Source: a virus. Taken from it: DNA of 64,000 bases. The position numbers were made by a program, and so were the translations under genes. Within the stretch, counting starts at the first letter, position 1; each line of letters starts with the position of its first letter. Location: positions 21,363 through 85,362 of the IMG/VR virus record IMGVR_UViG_3300022848_000011; one strand, given 5' to 3'. Positions 50,627-60,470 of the stretch are shown piece by piece. The notes beneath the pieces are model-generated. The model had not been told where the DNA came from and did not search any database. It saw nothing but the letters and a program-made list of their open reading frames with translations.

Positions 50627-50936
50627 TGATATAAAAGATGTTGGCCCTTCAGTAAGCAGAGCCGCAATTCAACAAAAGAATGAGGCGACCAGAGCCTTTC
50701 AACAAATGGTAAGAACTTATGAGAAAGGTTTAATAGATTTTTGGCAACATCCAAGATTTATTCCTCAAGAAATCGCTGATGAATTAGGTGTCGATGCCAG
50801 TGAAATGTTTCGTCTACACGGACTTCTTGCTCTAACTATTATGGAAGCGAATCCTACGCAAGTTTTGACTGATGTTGCATCTTTAGGGACTTTTGTAATT
50901 AATGAAGATGGAACAGTAACCGCAGCTAGGATTTGA
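50598..50936 (+). CDS. Hypothetical protein (possibly tail-fibre associated)
   Basis: Lies between the sulfotransferase and the fibre gene; likely start ATG 50610. Confidence 0.6.
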   Translation: MSKKMSFLNDDIKDVGPSVSRAAIQQKNEATRAFQQMVRTYEKGLIDFWQHPRFIPQEIADELGVDASEMFRLHGLLALTIMEANPTQVLTDVASLGTFVINEDGTVTAARI

Positions 50937-50999
50937 AAATTAAAACACCTCTTGTTGTTATATATATATATGAATACACAATAACAAGAGGTAATCGAG

Positions 51000-53372
51000 A
51001 TGTATGTTTGTGAAAGAAATAAAGATGGCACCTTAACTAAAAACAATTGGTTATTGGTAAAAGGTGCTTACGTTTCAGCAGTAACCGTTTGTAAAAACAA
51101 AATAGTTAGAACTGTTGTCCCAGATCCTAATGAATTGCCATTTCAAGAAAATCAAGGAAATCAAGGTCCACAAGGTCCACAAGGTCCACAAGGTCCACAA
51201 GGAACACAAGGTCCACAAGGTCCACAAGGAACACAAGGAACACAAGGAACACAAGGAACACAAGGAACACAAGGTCCACAAGGTCCACAAGGTCCACAAG
51301 GATTAGCAGTAGCAGCAGACTCTTATTGGACTTTAACTGATGGAAAGCTACATCAAGATACTGGAGTCAATGTAGGAATCGATACAGATGACCCTACTGA
51401 GCGTTTACACGTTGTTGGTAACATAAAACTAGATAACGGAAGGATTCTGCTGGGTTCTGATCCTAACCTACAGTCTATTGGAAGGGGAACTTTCGATACG
51501 AATACTGGTGGTCAAAACGGCGTATCTTTGTTTTGCACGGCAGGTTACGAGCTTAATTGGCAAACAGGTAGGCTTTCGAACTATAATGGTGCTTATCAAG
51601 ATTTCTATATTGATACGCCTAATTTATTTGTCAATCCTTCTGTTGGAATTGGTAACACAGCCAGCGGTGACTACTCAAGTGCAATGGGTCGTAGTAATTC
51701 AGCCAGCGGCAACACCTCAAGTGCATTTGGTTATTCCAACACAGCCAGCGGTGAAAACTCAAGTGCAGTTGGTTATTCCAACACAGCCAGCGGTGACCGT
51801 TCAAGTGCAGTTGGTTACCTCAACACAGCCAGCGTCAACTACTCAAGTGCAGTTGGTTACAGCAACACAGCCAGCGGTGACCGTTCAAGTGCATTTGGTT
51901 TCGGCAACACAGCCAGCGGTGAACGTTCAAGTGCAGTTGGTTACCGAGCAAACGCCGGGGCTTTGAACTCACTAGCGGTTGGAATAAATGTATTTACCCA
52001 TACTACTGGTCTAGCCTCAGTTAATTTTGGTGTGTTGAACAACAGCGTTGGTGGAACACTTAATGGCAGCACCGGCGATATAACCGGTACGATTACAGCC
52101 TTAACAACCCAAGGTAGGTTAACTACTGCGGTTGGGATCAGAAACAGCACTACGGGTAACCAATCAAGTGCAGTAGGTTACCTCAACACAGCCAGCGGTA
52201 CTGATTCAAGTGCAGTTGGTCACCAGAATACAGCCAGCGGCAACTACTCAAGTGCAGTAGGTTACCAGAATACAGCCAGCGGCAACTACTCAAGTGCAGT
52301 AGGTTACCAGAATACAGCCAGCGGTACTGATTCAAGTGCAGTTGGTCACCAGAATACAGCCAGCGGCAACTACTCAAGTGCAGTTGGTTACGGCAACACA
52401 GCCAGCGGTGACCGTTCAAGTGCAGTTGGTGTTACCAACACAGCCAGCGGTTACCAATCAAGTGCGGTTGGTCGCCTCAACACAGCCAGCGGTTACAACT
52501 CAAGTGCGGTTGGTCGCCTCAACACAGCCAGCGGTAGCCAATCAAGTGCATTTGGTTACCGAGCAAACGCCGGGGCTTTGAACTCACTAGCGGTTGGAAG
52601 AAGTGTATTTACCCATACTACTGGTCTAGCCTCAGTTAATTTTGGTGTGTTGAACAACAGCGTTGGTGGAACACTTAATGTCACCACCGGCGTTATAGCC
52701 GGTTCGATTACAGCCTTAACAACCCAAGGTAGGTTAACTACTGCGGTTGGGATCAGAAACAGCACTACGGGTAACCAATCAAGTGCAGTTGGTTACCTCA
52801 ACACAGCCAGCGGCAACAACTCAAGTGCAGTTGGTTACGACAACACAGCCAGCGGTGACCAATCAAGTGCAGTAGGTTACCAGAATACAGCCAGCGGTAC
52901 TGATTCAAGTGCAGTTGGTCACCAGAATACAGCCAGCGGCAACTACTTAAGTGCAGTAGGTTACCAGAATACAGCCAGCGGTGAACGTTCAAGTGCAGTT
53001 GGTACCTACAACATAGCCAGCGGTTTGCGTTCAAGTGCATTTGGTCACCTCAACACAGCCAGCGGTGACCGTTCAAGTGCATTTGGTTACCGAGCTAGAA
53101 CTACAATTGCCAATTCAACCGAAATAGGTTACTGGAGTAATAGTACAACTCGTGGCAGTGCTATGAGACTTCATGGTGCTACTGGTATGGCTTCTCATAC
53201 ACTGCAAAATCGAGCAACAGCTTACACTGACGGTGGATCAACAGCCGGTAGTGAAGCAGATGACAGTTTATCAAGAGGCATGTACTCGGTCAGAAGAGAC
53301 GGAGACGTTATACTGATCGATATAAATATTGCTGGAACTATTAAAACACTAAGTCTAGGAACAGCAATCTAA
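51000..53372 (+). CDS. Tail fibre/adhesin with collagen-like segment and YadA-head-like 14-aa repeats
   Basis: (GPQ/GTQ)n; [19 protein letters not shown]; many NTASGxxSSAVGxx repeats; GAGGT RBS. Confidence 0.85.
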   Translation: MYVCERNKDGTLTKNNWLLVKGAYVSAVTVCKNKIVRTVVPDPNELPFQENQGNQGPQGPQGPQGPQGTQGPQGPQGTQGTQGTQGTQGTQGPQGPQGPQGLAVAADSYWTLTDGKLHQDTGVNVGIDTDDPTERLHVVGNIKLDNGRILLGSDPNLQSIGRGTFDTNTGGQNGVSLFCTAGYELNWQTGRLSNYNGAYQDFYIDTPNLFVNPSVGIGNTASGDYSSAMGRSNSASGNTSSAFGYSNTASGENSSAVGYSNTASGDRSSAVGYLNTASVNYSSAVGYSNTASGDRSSAFGFGNTASGERSSAVGYRANAGALNSLAVGINVFTHTTGLASVNFGVLNNSVGGTLNGSTGDITGTITALTTQGRLTTAVGIRNSTTGNQSSAVGYLNTASGTDSSAVGHQNTASGNYSSAVGYQNTASGNYSSAVGYQNTASGTDSSAVGHQNTASGNYSSAVGYGNTASGDRSSAVGVTNTASGYQSSAVGRLNTASGYNSSAVGRLNTASGSQSSAFGYRANAGALNSLAVGRSVFTHTTGLASVNFGVLNNSVGGTLNVTTGVIAGSITALTTQGRLTTAVGIRNSTTGNQSSAVGYLNTASGNNSSAVGYDNTASGDQSSAVGYQNTASGTDSSAVGHQNTASGNYLSAVGYQNTASGERSSAVGTYNIASGLRSSAFGHLNTASGDRSSAFGYRARTTIANSTEIGYWSNSTTRGSAMRLHGATGMASHTLQNRATAYTDGGSTAGSEADDSLSRGMYSVRRDGDVILIDINIAGTIKTLSLGTAI
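51155..51301 (+). repeat. 9-nt collagen-like coding repeat
   Basis: GGTCCACAA/GGAACACAA tandem units. Confidence 0.9.
51651..53090 (+). repeat. 42-nt coding repeat arrays with a ~270-nt block duplicated at offset 615
   Basis: AACACAGCCAGCGG...TCAAGTGCAGTTGGT units; 51927..52198 closely matches 52542..52813. Confidence 0.9.
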
Positions 53373-53402
53373 CATTTTGGGTTTATAGCTGCGGTCCAGA
53401 TT

Positions 53403-53436
53403 AAAAGCCAATGAGTTAAAATCTCATTGGCTTTTT
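53403..53436 (+). terminator. Rho-independent terminator
   Basis: AAAAGCCAATGAG-ttaaaat-CTCATTGGCTTTTT. Confidence 0.8.
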
Positions 53437-53508
53437 CGTTGAATCAATAAATTCTTGAAGATTTTCTGGAACAATTACAACATTTGTATCTTAATCGTCC
53501 TCAATCAA

Positions 53509-53968
53509 TGCAGCAATGCTATGAATGCCGACCTTAACGCTGCTCGGAATATTGTTACTAATCTTAGACCTAAGTGTAGAGTCTATGCTTGCAAAAGTGA
53601 GTCCTGATGAACGAGATGAAGCACGTTGGAAAGAACGCAAGCGTCATCGAGACATACAAGATTGTGGTTGGTCAAGTTTTGTCAACAAGTTGAAATACAA
53701 GGCTGAATGGTATGGACGAGAGTTCATACAAGTCAGTCGTTGGTTTCCAAGTTCTCAATTGTGTAATAATTGCAATTACCAAAACAAGGAATTAAAGCCA
53801 ATAGACAGAGAATGGACCTGTTGGAATTGTTGGGAACACAATGATCGTGATTTTAATTCAGCAAAGAACATTTTGGCTGAAGGATTAAGAATAAGAACCT
53901 CTGGAACAGAGGGGATAGCCTATTGTCCTGATGTAAGACCCGCTTTTAGTGGGCTATTGGTTGGATAG
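53509..53968 (+). pseudogene. tnpB: Truncated/chimeric TnpB (IS200/IS605)
   Basis: DLSVESM...GWSSFVNKLKYKAEWYGR...FPSSQLCNNC...WTCWNC...DRDFNSAKNI. A second-frame fragment MNADLNAARNI lies at 53521..53553. The N-terminus and RuvC-I are absent. Confidence 0.88.
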
Positions 53969-54003
53969 GAAGCCCCGACCCTAAAGGGTCGTGGGTAGTT
54001 CAC
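53880..54003 (+). ncRNA. TnpB omegaRNA scaffold and IS right end
   Basis: Overlaps the tnpB 3' end and finishes GAAGCCCCGACCCTAAAGGGTCGTGGGTAGTTCAC. The 5' boundary is approximate. Confidence 0.7.
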
Positions 54004-54215
54004 TAGTAATTACTGGAACAATGCCTGAATACGAGAATAGGGAATATTTAACAAGAGGCAGAAAGTCAGAATCATTCACACGTACTATTAAACTATCTGA
54101 GAAGTTAGGGGAATTCAAAGAACCTAGTAGTACAAGTTTGGTGAATGGAGTTTTGAAGATTCAGTGGAGACCGGAGGACAGAATAGATAAAAAAATTAAC
54201 ATAAAAATCGAGTAA
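54004..54215 (+). pseudogene. 3' half of a small heat-shock protein (Hsp20) gene
   Basis: LVITG...YLTRGRKSESFTRTIKL...SLVNGVLKI is the alpha-crystallin C-terminal half. It begins exactly at the IS right end. Confidence 0.75.
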
Positions 54216-54234
54216 AAAGAGTTGGTTTCTGCTG

Positions 54235-54273
54235 AAACGCAATGTGTGATTTATTTCCACATTGCGTTTTTTT
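54235..54273 (+). terminator. Rho-independent terminator
   Basis: AAACGCAATGTG-loop-CACATTGCGTTTTTTT. Confidence 0.7.
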
Positions 54274-54295
54274 ATTAATAAGAATAAATAAATGT

Positions 54296-55045
54296 ATGAT
54301 AAATACATTGATTTGTTCTTACAAAAGTGGCGATGTTTTGCCATACACTTTGGGTCAACTAGTGGAATGTGATTATATTAATCGCATTTTGGTTACTGAT
54401 GGTCCTCATTTGGGTAACATTAAACCTGGATTTAAAACAGAAAAACCTACGGTTAAAGAAGTTGTTGATTCTTTTTCTACACAAAAGATACATTATGAAT
54501 ATAGTGACGACTGTGAAATTCGTGGTGAGAAAAATAATCGAATCTTAAAGAATGTTTTGGATTGTCAATGGATACTTTGTGTAGACTCTGATGAAGTTTA
54601 CCATGAAAACGATTTGGTTAAATTGGCGGAATTTTTAAAGAATGATCCTGAATGGGATCGATATGAAATTAAAACAATTAATCCATTTCCTGATTTTCAT
54701 CATTGTTTTGAGATTCCTGATTGGAAACCAAGATTGTATCGTTGGTATGAAGGTGCTCAATGTCATCCAAAAGCAGATCGATTGCATCAATACGTGAATC
54801 ATTCTAGTCAAAAATACAAACCTAATGCAGTTCATGGGATGGCTAGACTTCCAAGTGAAATAGCTCAGATATATCATTTGAATGCTTTGCGGGACAATTC
54901 AAAGGGTGATAGAAGAGTTAGGTATATTTCAGATGATACAATTACTTGGAAAGGTGGTCATCAAAAACACACATCTAAAATTTTACCATTAGATATTTCA
55001 TGTTCTCCTAAGTGCATTAGAGAAAGCAAGAAAGATTCTTTATAA
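54296..55045 (+). CDS. Glycosyltransferase family 2-like protein
   Basis: ILVTDG, WILCVDSDE (DxD), PRLYR, IYHL. Start moved to the ATG after the terminator. Confidence 0.7.
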   Translation: MINTLICSYKSGDVLPYTLGQLVECDYINRILVTDGPHLGNIKPGFKTEKPTVKEVVDSFSTQKIHYEYSDDCEIRGEKNNRILKNVLDCQWILCVDSDEVYHENDLVKLAEFLKNDPEWDRYEIKTINPFPDFHHCFEIPDWKPRLYRWYEGAQCHPKADRLHQYVNHSSQKYKPNAVHGMARLPSEIAQIYHLNALRDNSKGDRRVRYISDDTITWKGGHQKHTSKILPLDISCSPKCIRESKKDSL

Positions 55046-55058
55046 CATATATAACTCT

Positions 55059-55592
55059 ATGAATTTTAAAACATATCTTAATGAAAATATTTTTGGAGAT
55101 GACTTCGATATTACTAAAATACGGGCACAACTAAAAGCAAGAGGCAAAATGGTTAGCGTAAAAAAGAAATCGAAAAAGAGTTTCATTGAAATTTATCATG
55201 GATTCAACCAAGATCCAAAATTTTTTAATTACGAATTTGACCCTATTAAATCAGAGCAAGGTTTGTTGTGGTTCACTCATAAATATATTAGAGTTTATAA
55301 TCCAATAGAATATGCTACTGGTAAAGGGGATTATCTTTTAACTATAAAGTTGCCAACTACATTACATTGTAATGTAGTGACATATGAAAATGGTGAATCC
55401 GAGGAAAAAATTGGTGATGAATTAAGAGATATGGCTAATCCTTATGAGAACTGTCGTTATTATTTAGATTTTGATAAGTTGATAGAGTTACCCCAAGGAT
55501 GGTTTTTTACATATAAGCATGAAAAATTTATTGGAACGAACAAGCAATTTAAGGCAAATCCTGGTGACATCACGAAAAATCATTCAATTTAA
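55059..55592 (+). CDS. Hypothetical protein, possible ADP-ribosyltransferase-like fold, capsid-targeting-like N-terminus
   Basis: Begins MNFKTYLNE; IYHG...F...GLLWFT resembles the first two ART strands. Confidence 0.45.
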   Translation: MNFKTYLNENIFGDDFDITKIRAQLKARGKMVSVKKKSKKSFIEIYHGFNQDPKFFNYEFDPIKSEQGLLWFTHKYIRVYNPIEYATGKGDYLLTIKLPTTLHCNVVTYENGESEEKIGDELRDMANPYENCRYYLDFDKLIELPQGWFFTYKHEKFIGTNKQFKANPGDITKNHSI

Positions 55593-56673
55593 TAAAATGA
55601 ATTCCATTTTGTAGTAGACTTTCTTTTTCGTAGATGGGTAGGAGAAACATAGATTTTAATGCAGATTTGAAATTTTTGATTTGTTTCAAATCTGCAACTT
55701 TTTTTGCATCAATTTCTGATATAATCCAATTTCCATCTGTGTAGAATACTTGTGTTTGTTTATTAAATTTATATATTTTTTTATAAATATCCGAGTCTAT
55801 TATTTCTATGTTACTGATTAATCCTTTGAATTTATATTTTAGTTTCAATAAATCAGATTTACTTTTAACATAATCAAATTCAGCATTAAGCACTGTTGCA
55901 AGATCTAAAATATAATCGTGATATTTTTCTTTTACTTCTGTGGAAGCCGCTCCTTGATCACCACTAATTCTTTTTTCATTTGGCGAGTATGTGACCATAA
56001 CATGAGGTTTATTACCTTTGCTGAAAAGAGCTAAAATTGTTTTATCTTTATCATAGGACATTAAACCCGCACTTCCACAATTTTTCATTTGTGTTCCTAG
56101 CAAACCACATTTTGGTCCTACATTTATCCATTTATACCCATTTGGGTATGTTTTGAGAGGTTTAGTTTCTTTAAAAACTCTTTGTTTGTCATATTTATCA
56201 GATGCTTCATGGAAGGTCATTTTTTTATAAGGAGCTAAATTAGTTAATTTTCCACTCTTTATGTCTTGAATAACAACATTTCTAAAGAATGTGTTTTTTG
56301 AAAACATATCTTTCAGTTCTTCTAATAATTCTTTTCTTTGGTCTTCTAGGTCATAATCACTGTAATTTTCTTCATCTTCATAGTCCATATCAAAATATTT
56401 TAAGGCTTTAATATAATTGTCTTTGTTAAATGTAGAATCATAGAAATATGCAAGTTCATATAAGGAGTTTTCAGATCCATTAATTGGTCTAATTTGCCTG
56501 AACCAATTGTCATTTTTACCGTTATAATATTCTTTAAACCATCTTGCAATCAAGGTTGCGTGTTTAGGGAAATCGATATAAAATAATCTTGCTATAGTTT
56601 CTGGGTAGCCTAATCCTGTTATTATTTCTTTTGATTCTTTTATTAAAATCCAATTCTTAAAATTCATAATCAT
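55570..56673 (-). CDS. PcfJ-like domain protein with capsid-targeting-like N-terminus
   Basis: GYKW...LGTQMKNCGS...ILALFSKGNKPHVMV; begins (MI)MNFKNWILIKE. Confidence 0.5.
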   Translation of the reverse strand: MIMNFKNWILIKESKEIITGLGYPETIARLFYIDFPKHATLIARWFKEYYNGKNDNWFRQIRPINGSENSLYELAYFYDSTFNKDNYIKALKYFDMDYEDEENYSDYDLEDQRKELLEELKDMFSKNTFFRNVVIQDIKSGKLTNLAPYKKMTFHEASDKYDKQRVFKETKPLKTYPNGYKWINVGPKCGLLGTQMKNCGSAGLMSYDKDKTILALFSKGNKPHVMVTYSPNEKRISGDQGAASTEVKEKYHDYILDLATVLNAEFDYVKSKSDLLKLKYKFKGLISNIEIIDSDIYKKIYKFNKQTQVFYTDGNWIISEIDAKKVADLKQIKNFKSALKSMFLLPIYEKESLLQNGIHFIKLNDFS

Positions 56674-56730
56674 TTACCAGTTAATTGTACATATATAGTT
56701 TGTTCATTGACATAAACTAACGTAATTATA

Positions 56731-57741
56731 ATGAAACATATAATAATAGCTTCTGATGCTTGGGAGCCTCAAATAAATGGTGTTGTCAGAACTTTAAACA
56801 ACACCGTAGACATTCTCCGAAGAATTGGTCATAAGGTATCTGTGATAAATCCTTATTTATTCAAGACAATTCCTGTACCGTTTTATAAAGAAATACCTAT
56901 AGCGTTATGCTATAATTTTGATAAAATCAATAATGTGATTGAAGATATAGATAATACTTATTTCCATATAGCAACAGAAGGTAATGTTGGTAGATTATTA
57001 AGAAGATTTTGTCATACTAATAATTATAGGTATACGACTGCATATCATACAATGTTTCCTGAATATCTTCAAAAAATCCTTAGAATACCTCCTGAATGGA
57101 GTTATTATTATTTTAAGAGATTTCATCAAAGATCATCATGTGTCATGGTCCCAAACAATACATTAATTCAGAAACTAAATGAGTATGGTTTTAATAATGT
57201 AAATTTATGGTCAAGAGGTGTTGATATTGATGTTTTTCATCCTTGTTATCGTCCTCCAAACGAAAAGCCTGTTTTAGTGTTCGTAGGGAGAGTTTCCCAT
57301 GAAAAAAATATAGAAGAATTTCTTAAAATTGAGGGCAATTACACAAAGAAAATCATTGGTGATGGTCCTTTAAGACATAAATTAGAAAATCAGTATCCAG
57401 ATGTAATTTTCACAGGTTATAAACAAGGATATGATTTAAAGAAGGAATATTGTAGTGCTGATGTGTTTGTATTCCCTAGCAAGACGGATACATTTGGTTT
57501 AGTGATGTTAGAGGCTTTAGCTTGTGGTGTTCCTGTAGCAGCATTTCCAGTTAATGCATCATTAGACATATTTAAAAATCAGTCGGGTGTTGGTTTTTTG
57601 AATAATAATTTAAAAATCGCAATAGATACTGCAATCAAAGAAGGTGACAAAGTAAAAAGTAGACAATTTGCACTTAATCATTCATGGGAAAAATGGACAG
57701 ATGTTTTCTCGAATTATCTTGTAAAGGCTAAAAATGAATAG
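56731..57741 (+). CDS. Glycosyltransferase family 4 (GT-B)
   Basis: SDAWEPQINGVVRTL, HIATEG, RGVD, FVGRVSHEKN, ADVFVFPSKTDTFGLVMLEALACGVPV. Confidence 0.93.
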   Translation: MKHIIIASDAWEPQINGVVRTLNNTVDILRRIGHKVSVINPYLFKTIPVPFYKEIPIALCYNFDKINNVIEDIDNTYFHIATEGNVGRLLRRFCHTNNYRYTTAYHTMFPEYLQKILRIPPEWSYYYFKRFHQRSSCVMVPNNTLIQKLNEYGFNNVNLWSRGVDIDVFHPCYRPPNEKPVLVFVGRVSHEKNIEEFLKIEGNYTKKIIGDGPLRHKLENQYPDVIFTGYKQGYDLKKEYCSADVFVFPSKTDTFGLVMLEALACGVPVAAFPVNASLDIFKNQSGVGFLNNNLKIAIDTAIKEGDKVKSRQFALNHSWEKWTDVFSNYLVKAKNE

Positions 57742-58510
57742 AATCAAAACTGTATTTGTTTCTGATATTCATTTAGGATCTAAATATTCTAAAACAAAAG
57801 AATTTTATACTTTTTTAAGATGGGTTGATAAACAGAAACCAGAGAATGTTTATATAGTCGGAGATTTTATTGATGGATGGAAATTGAAAAGAAATTGGTA
57901 CTGGAGTCCTGAATCAAATTTAATACTAAGAAAGTTATTTAGTTTAGCAAAACATGGATCAAAGATATTTTATGTAGCTGGGAATCATGACGAATTTTTG
58001 CGTCATTTTATTGATGAGATTTCAATTTCTGATTTTGCTGGCATTAAAATTGATGACGAGTTCATTTATAAAACAGTTAAAGGAGATAGATTATTAGTAA
58101 TACATGGAGACCAATTTGATGCTGCAATTCAATATGATTTAATTGGAAATAAATTTTGGTTTTTACTAGGAGATTACAGTTATGATTTTTTAATTTCTTT
58201 AAATAATTTTATAAACAAAATTAGAAATATCTTTCATTTAAAGAAGTGGTCTTTAAGTAAGAGTATTAAATTTAAATTTAAACAGGCTGTCAAATTCATT
58301 AGTGATTACGAAGTAATCTTGAGTAATTATGCTAAAGAAAAAAAATGCAATGGTGTTGTGACAGGTCATATCCATTGTCCTGACATCAAAGTAATTAATG
58401 GAATTGATTACTATAATTGTGGAGACTGGGTAGAGTCAAATACAGCTTTAATTGAATATTATGATGGTAGTTTTAAGATATTTTATTTTGATGAAGAATT
58501 AATGTTTTAA
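57734..58510 (+). CDS. LpxH-like metallophosphoesterase (UDP-2,3-diacylglucosamine diphosphatase family)
   Basis: SDIHLG, VGDFIDGW, AGNHD, HGDQFD, GHIH, NCGDWVES. Confidence 0.88.
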   Translation: MNRIKTVFVSDIHLGSKYSKTKEFYTFLRWVDKQKPENVYIVGDFIDGWKLKRNWYWSPESNLILRKLFSLAKHGSKIFYVAGNHDEFLRHFIDEISISDFAGIKIDDEFIYKTVKGDRLLVIHGDQFDAAIQYDLIGNKFWFLLGDYSYDFLISLNNFINKIRNIFHLKKWSLSKSIKFKFKQAVKFISDYEVILSNYAKEKKCNGVVTGHIHCPDIKVINGIDYYNCGDWVESNTALIEYYDGSFKIFYFDEELMF

Positions 58511-59806
58511 TTTTTTTATTACTTTCAACATCTTTTGTTTGTATATTGAATTTAAAGAAGACCATAATTGATTGACTGTGTATTTTTTAAATTCCTTATC
58601 ATTTGTAAGATTGAAATTATTCATTAATTGTTTCTTAACTGAAAGGTCTCCTGAAATAAATAAAATCCACAGTAAACCATCTACCTGTTGATGTCCATAA
58701 CGTCTTAAAAAATTTCTTTCTATTAAATCTGCTGGTAAATTAGCTTGTCTTAATTCGGATGGAGATTCTTGAGATTGTTTTGAATTTTTATTTCTTGTTA
58801 TTTTAACATTGCTTCCTGGCATTCTTGTAAGAGTAAAGAAATTTCCTTTGAACTCAATCTTTATTTGTTTTCTAGATTGTGCAATATTGGGCAATATCAA
58901 ATAATACTGAATATATTCAAAGAATTTGTTGATATCCTTCAGAATTTCAGAAGAAAGGTATCTAAATTCAACAGTTCCTAATTTACCAAACGATCTTAGG
59001 TTGGTTCCATGATATTTTTTGGTATTAATTGCTAAATTTTTAATATCTTCATCACCCACAATTACTTCTTGTTTATTTTTAATTAATTCGTCGATCATAT
59101 ACCAAATTTGTTTATGATTCATAGTTCTGAGGGCTGCCCAATCTTCAAAATTACGATTACGACCTGCATCTTTTTTTAGCTGTTCTTCATCGGCTAACGT
59201 AGTCATTGCTAGTAGATCGAATCCATTTGTATTACTAGGCATCCCTATATGAACGTGTGCAGAACCCTCTCCTGAGAGGGTTTCGTGTTTAAGTTTATCA
59301 AATATTTTTCTAAGTATAGGAAAATCTTTTGTAGTGCAGATAGGAGTTCTTAATTCTATAAATCCTGCATCAAAGCCAATGCCAAATTCTGTTGCTGTGG
59401 CTTCATCAGGTTTAATCAATGAACCAAGAGATTTTATAAATGAAATATATTCATCTATTTTGTTTTGGTGATCTCTACTATTTACACCACTTGATTTTAT
59501 ATTGTATTTAGTTAATGCTACATCTCTGGAGATTCTACTTATGAAGTCATTCAATTTTTCATCATATTCTTCTTCATCCATTTTATCAGGAGATTTACCT
59601 ATTATTTTTAATGATGCTAAAAAATCCTTATATACATCACTACTGTTACGAAGAAGCAGGTCTAGATCATCATTTGAATTATTATTTGCTGGCTTAAATT
59701 CAATTTCTACACCAAAGGTTCCTGGTTGATATTTTTTCAATCCTTTCTTAATGGTTTTGGTTTTGTCGAAATTAACAAATTCAAGGTATCTTTTAAAGTT
59801 TATCAT
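58499..59806 (-). CDS. Putative amidoligase (COOH-NH2 ligase type 2)
   Basis: TFGVEIEF, IELRTP, SAHVHIG, TVEFR; begins MINFKRYLE. Confidence 0.75.
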   Translation of the reverse strand: MINFKRYLEFVNFDKTKTIKKGLKKYQPGTFGVEIEFKPANNNSNDDLDLLLRNSSDVYKDFLASLKIIGKSPDKMDEEEYDEKLNDFISRISRDVALTKYNIKSSGVNSRDHQNKIDEYISFIKSLGSLIKPDEATATEFGIGFDAGFIELRTPICTTKDFPILRKIFDKLKHETLSGEGSAHVHIGMPSNTNGFDLLAMTTLADEEQLKKDAGRNRNFEDWAALRTMNHKQIWYMIDELIKNKQEVIVGDEDIKNLAINTKKYHGTNLRSFGKLGTVEFRYLSSEILKDINKFFEYIQYYLILPNIAQSRKQIKIEFKGNFFTLTRMPGSNVKITRNKNSKQSQESPSELRQANLPADLIERNFLRRYGHQQVDGLLWILFISGDLSVKKQLMNNFNLTNDKEFKKYTVNQLWSSLNSIYKQKMLKVIKKLKH

Positions 59807-59873
59807 AATTTATATATTAATTCAAAATAATAAAAATTAGTTATGTTTAAGTAACTATCAAATTATTTATAAA

Positions 59874-60350
59874 TTACGAAACCGTATAATCATATCCTGT
59901 TCGTCCATCAAACGAGAATGGCAAAATACACTTAGTGCCCGGTAGTGTAACGAAATAATCATATGGGGCGGGGAAATCAGAAAATTGGGGCGCAGTGATT
60001 TCTATATGCCAATTGTTGTTGAAATTACATGGATAAATGATGACCTGAATGATCTCGACGACTCCCCAATTTTCTAGATCAACAAGTTTAACAGGGGGGA
60101 TATTATCTAGACGATATTCATTGTCGATTGGCACCCAAGGTACCTCGACTGAGTATGCGACACCATTATATGTCCATGAAAATGTAAGAATATCAGGTAA
60201 TAATCCTCCACAACATGGAACAGAGCAGCAGTTACAGCATTCGTCCCAACAATCGGTTGATTGAGCTTGGACGTATTGCTGTTTTTTTTGCAACAAACGT
60301 TTTTGAATCTTTTTTTTATTTAATTTTATTACAAATTCTCTATTGGACAT
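59874..60350 (-). CDS. Cys-cluster hypothetical protein
   Basis: DCWDECCNCCSVPCCGGLLPDILTF; visibly more GC-rich than its flanks. Confidence 0.6.
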   Translation of the reverse strand: MSNREFVIKLNKKKIQKRLLQKKQQYVQAQSTDCWDECCNCCSVPCCGGLLPDILTFSWTYNGVAYSVEVPWVPIDNEYRLDNIPPVKLVDLENWGVVEIIQVIIYPCNFNNNWHIEITAPQFSDFPAPYDYFVTLPGTKCILPFSFDGRTGYDYTVS

Positions 60351-60470
60351 GTTTTATATAGGAATAAAAACTAGCTTTTTTTTTGAAATAAAGGTTTTAA
60401 ATATTTTATTCATTTCACAAAATATTATACTATAACTATATATTTTAAACTACACTTATAATACGATAAA

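Noticed and set aside
51651-53090. Constant/variable 42-nt periodicity resembling a CRISPR array
   Set aside because: Variable parts are only about 6 nt, the period is a multiple of 3, and all units lie in frame in the fibre ORF.
53525-53968. Functional miniature TnpB or signal-peptide protein
   Set aside because: The hydrophobic N-terminus is an off-frame reading of another tnpB fragment; RuvC-I and the RuvC-II Glu are missing.
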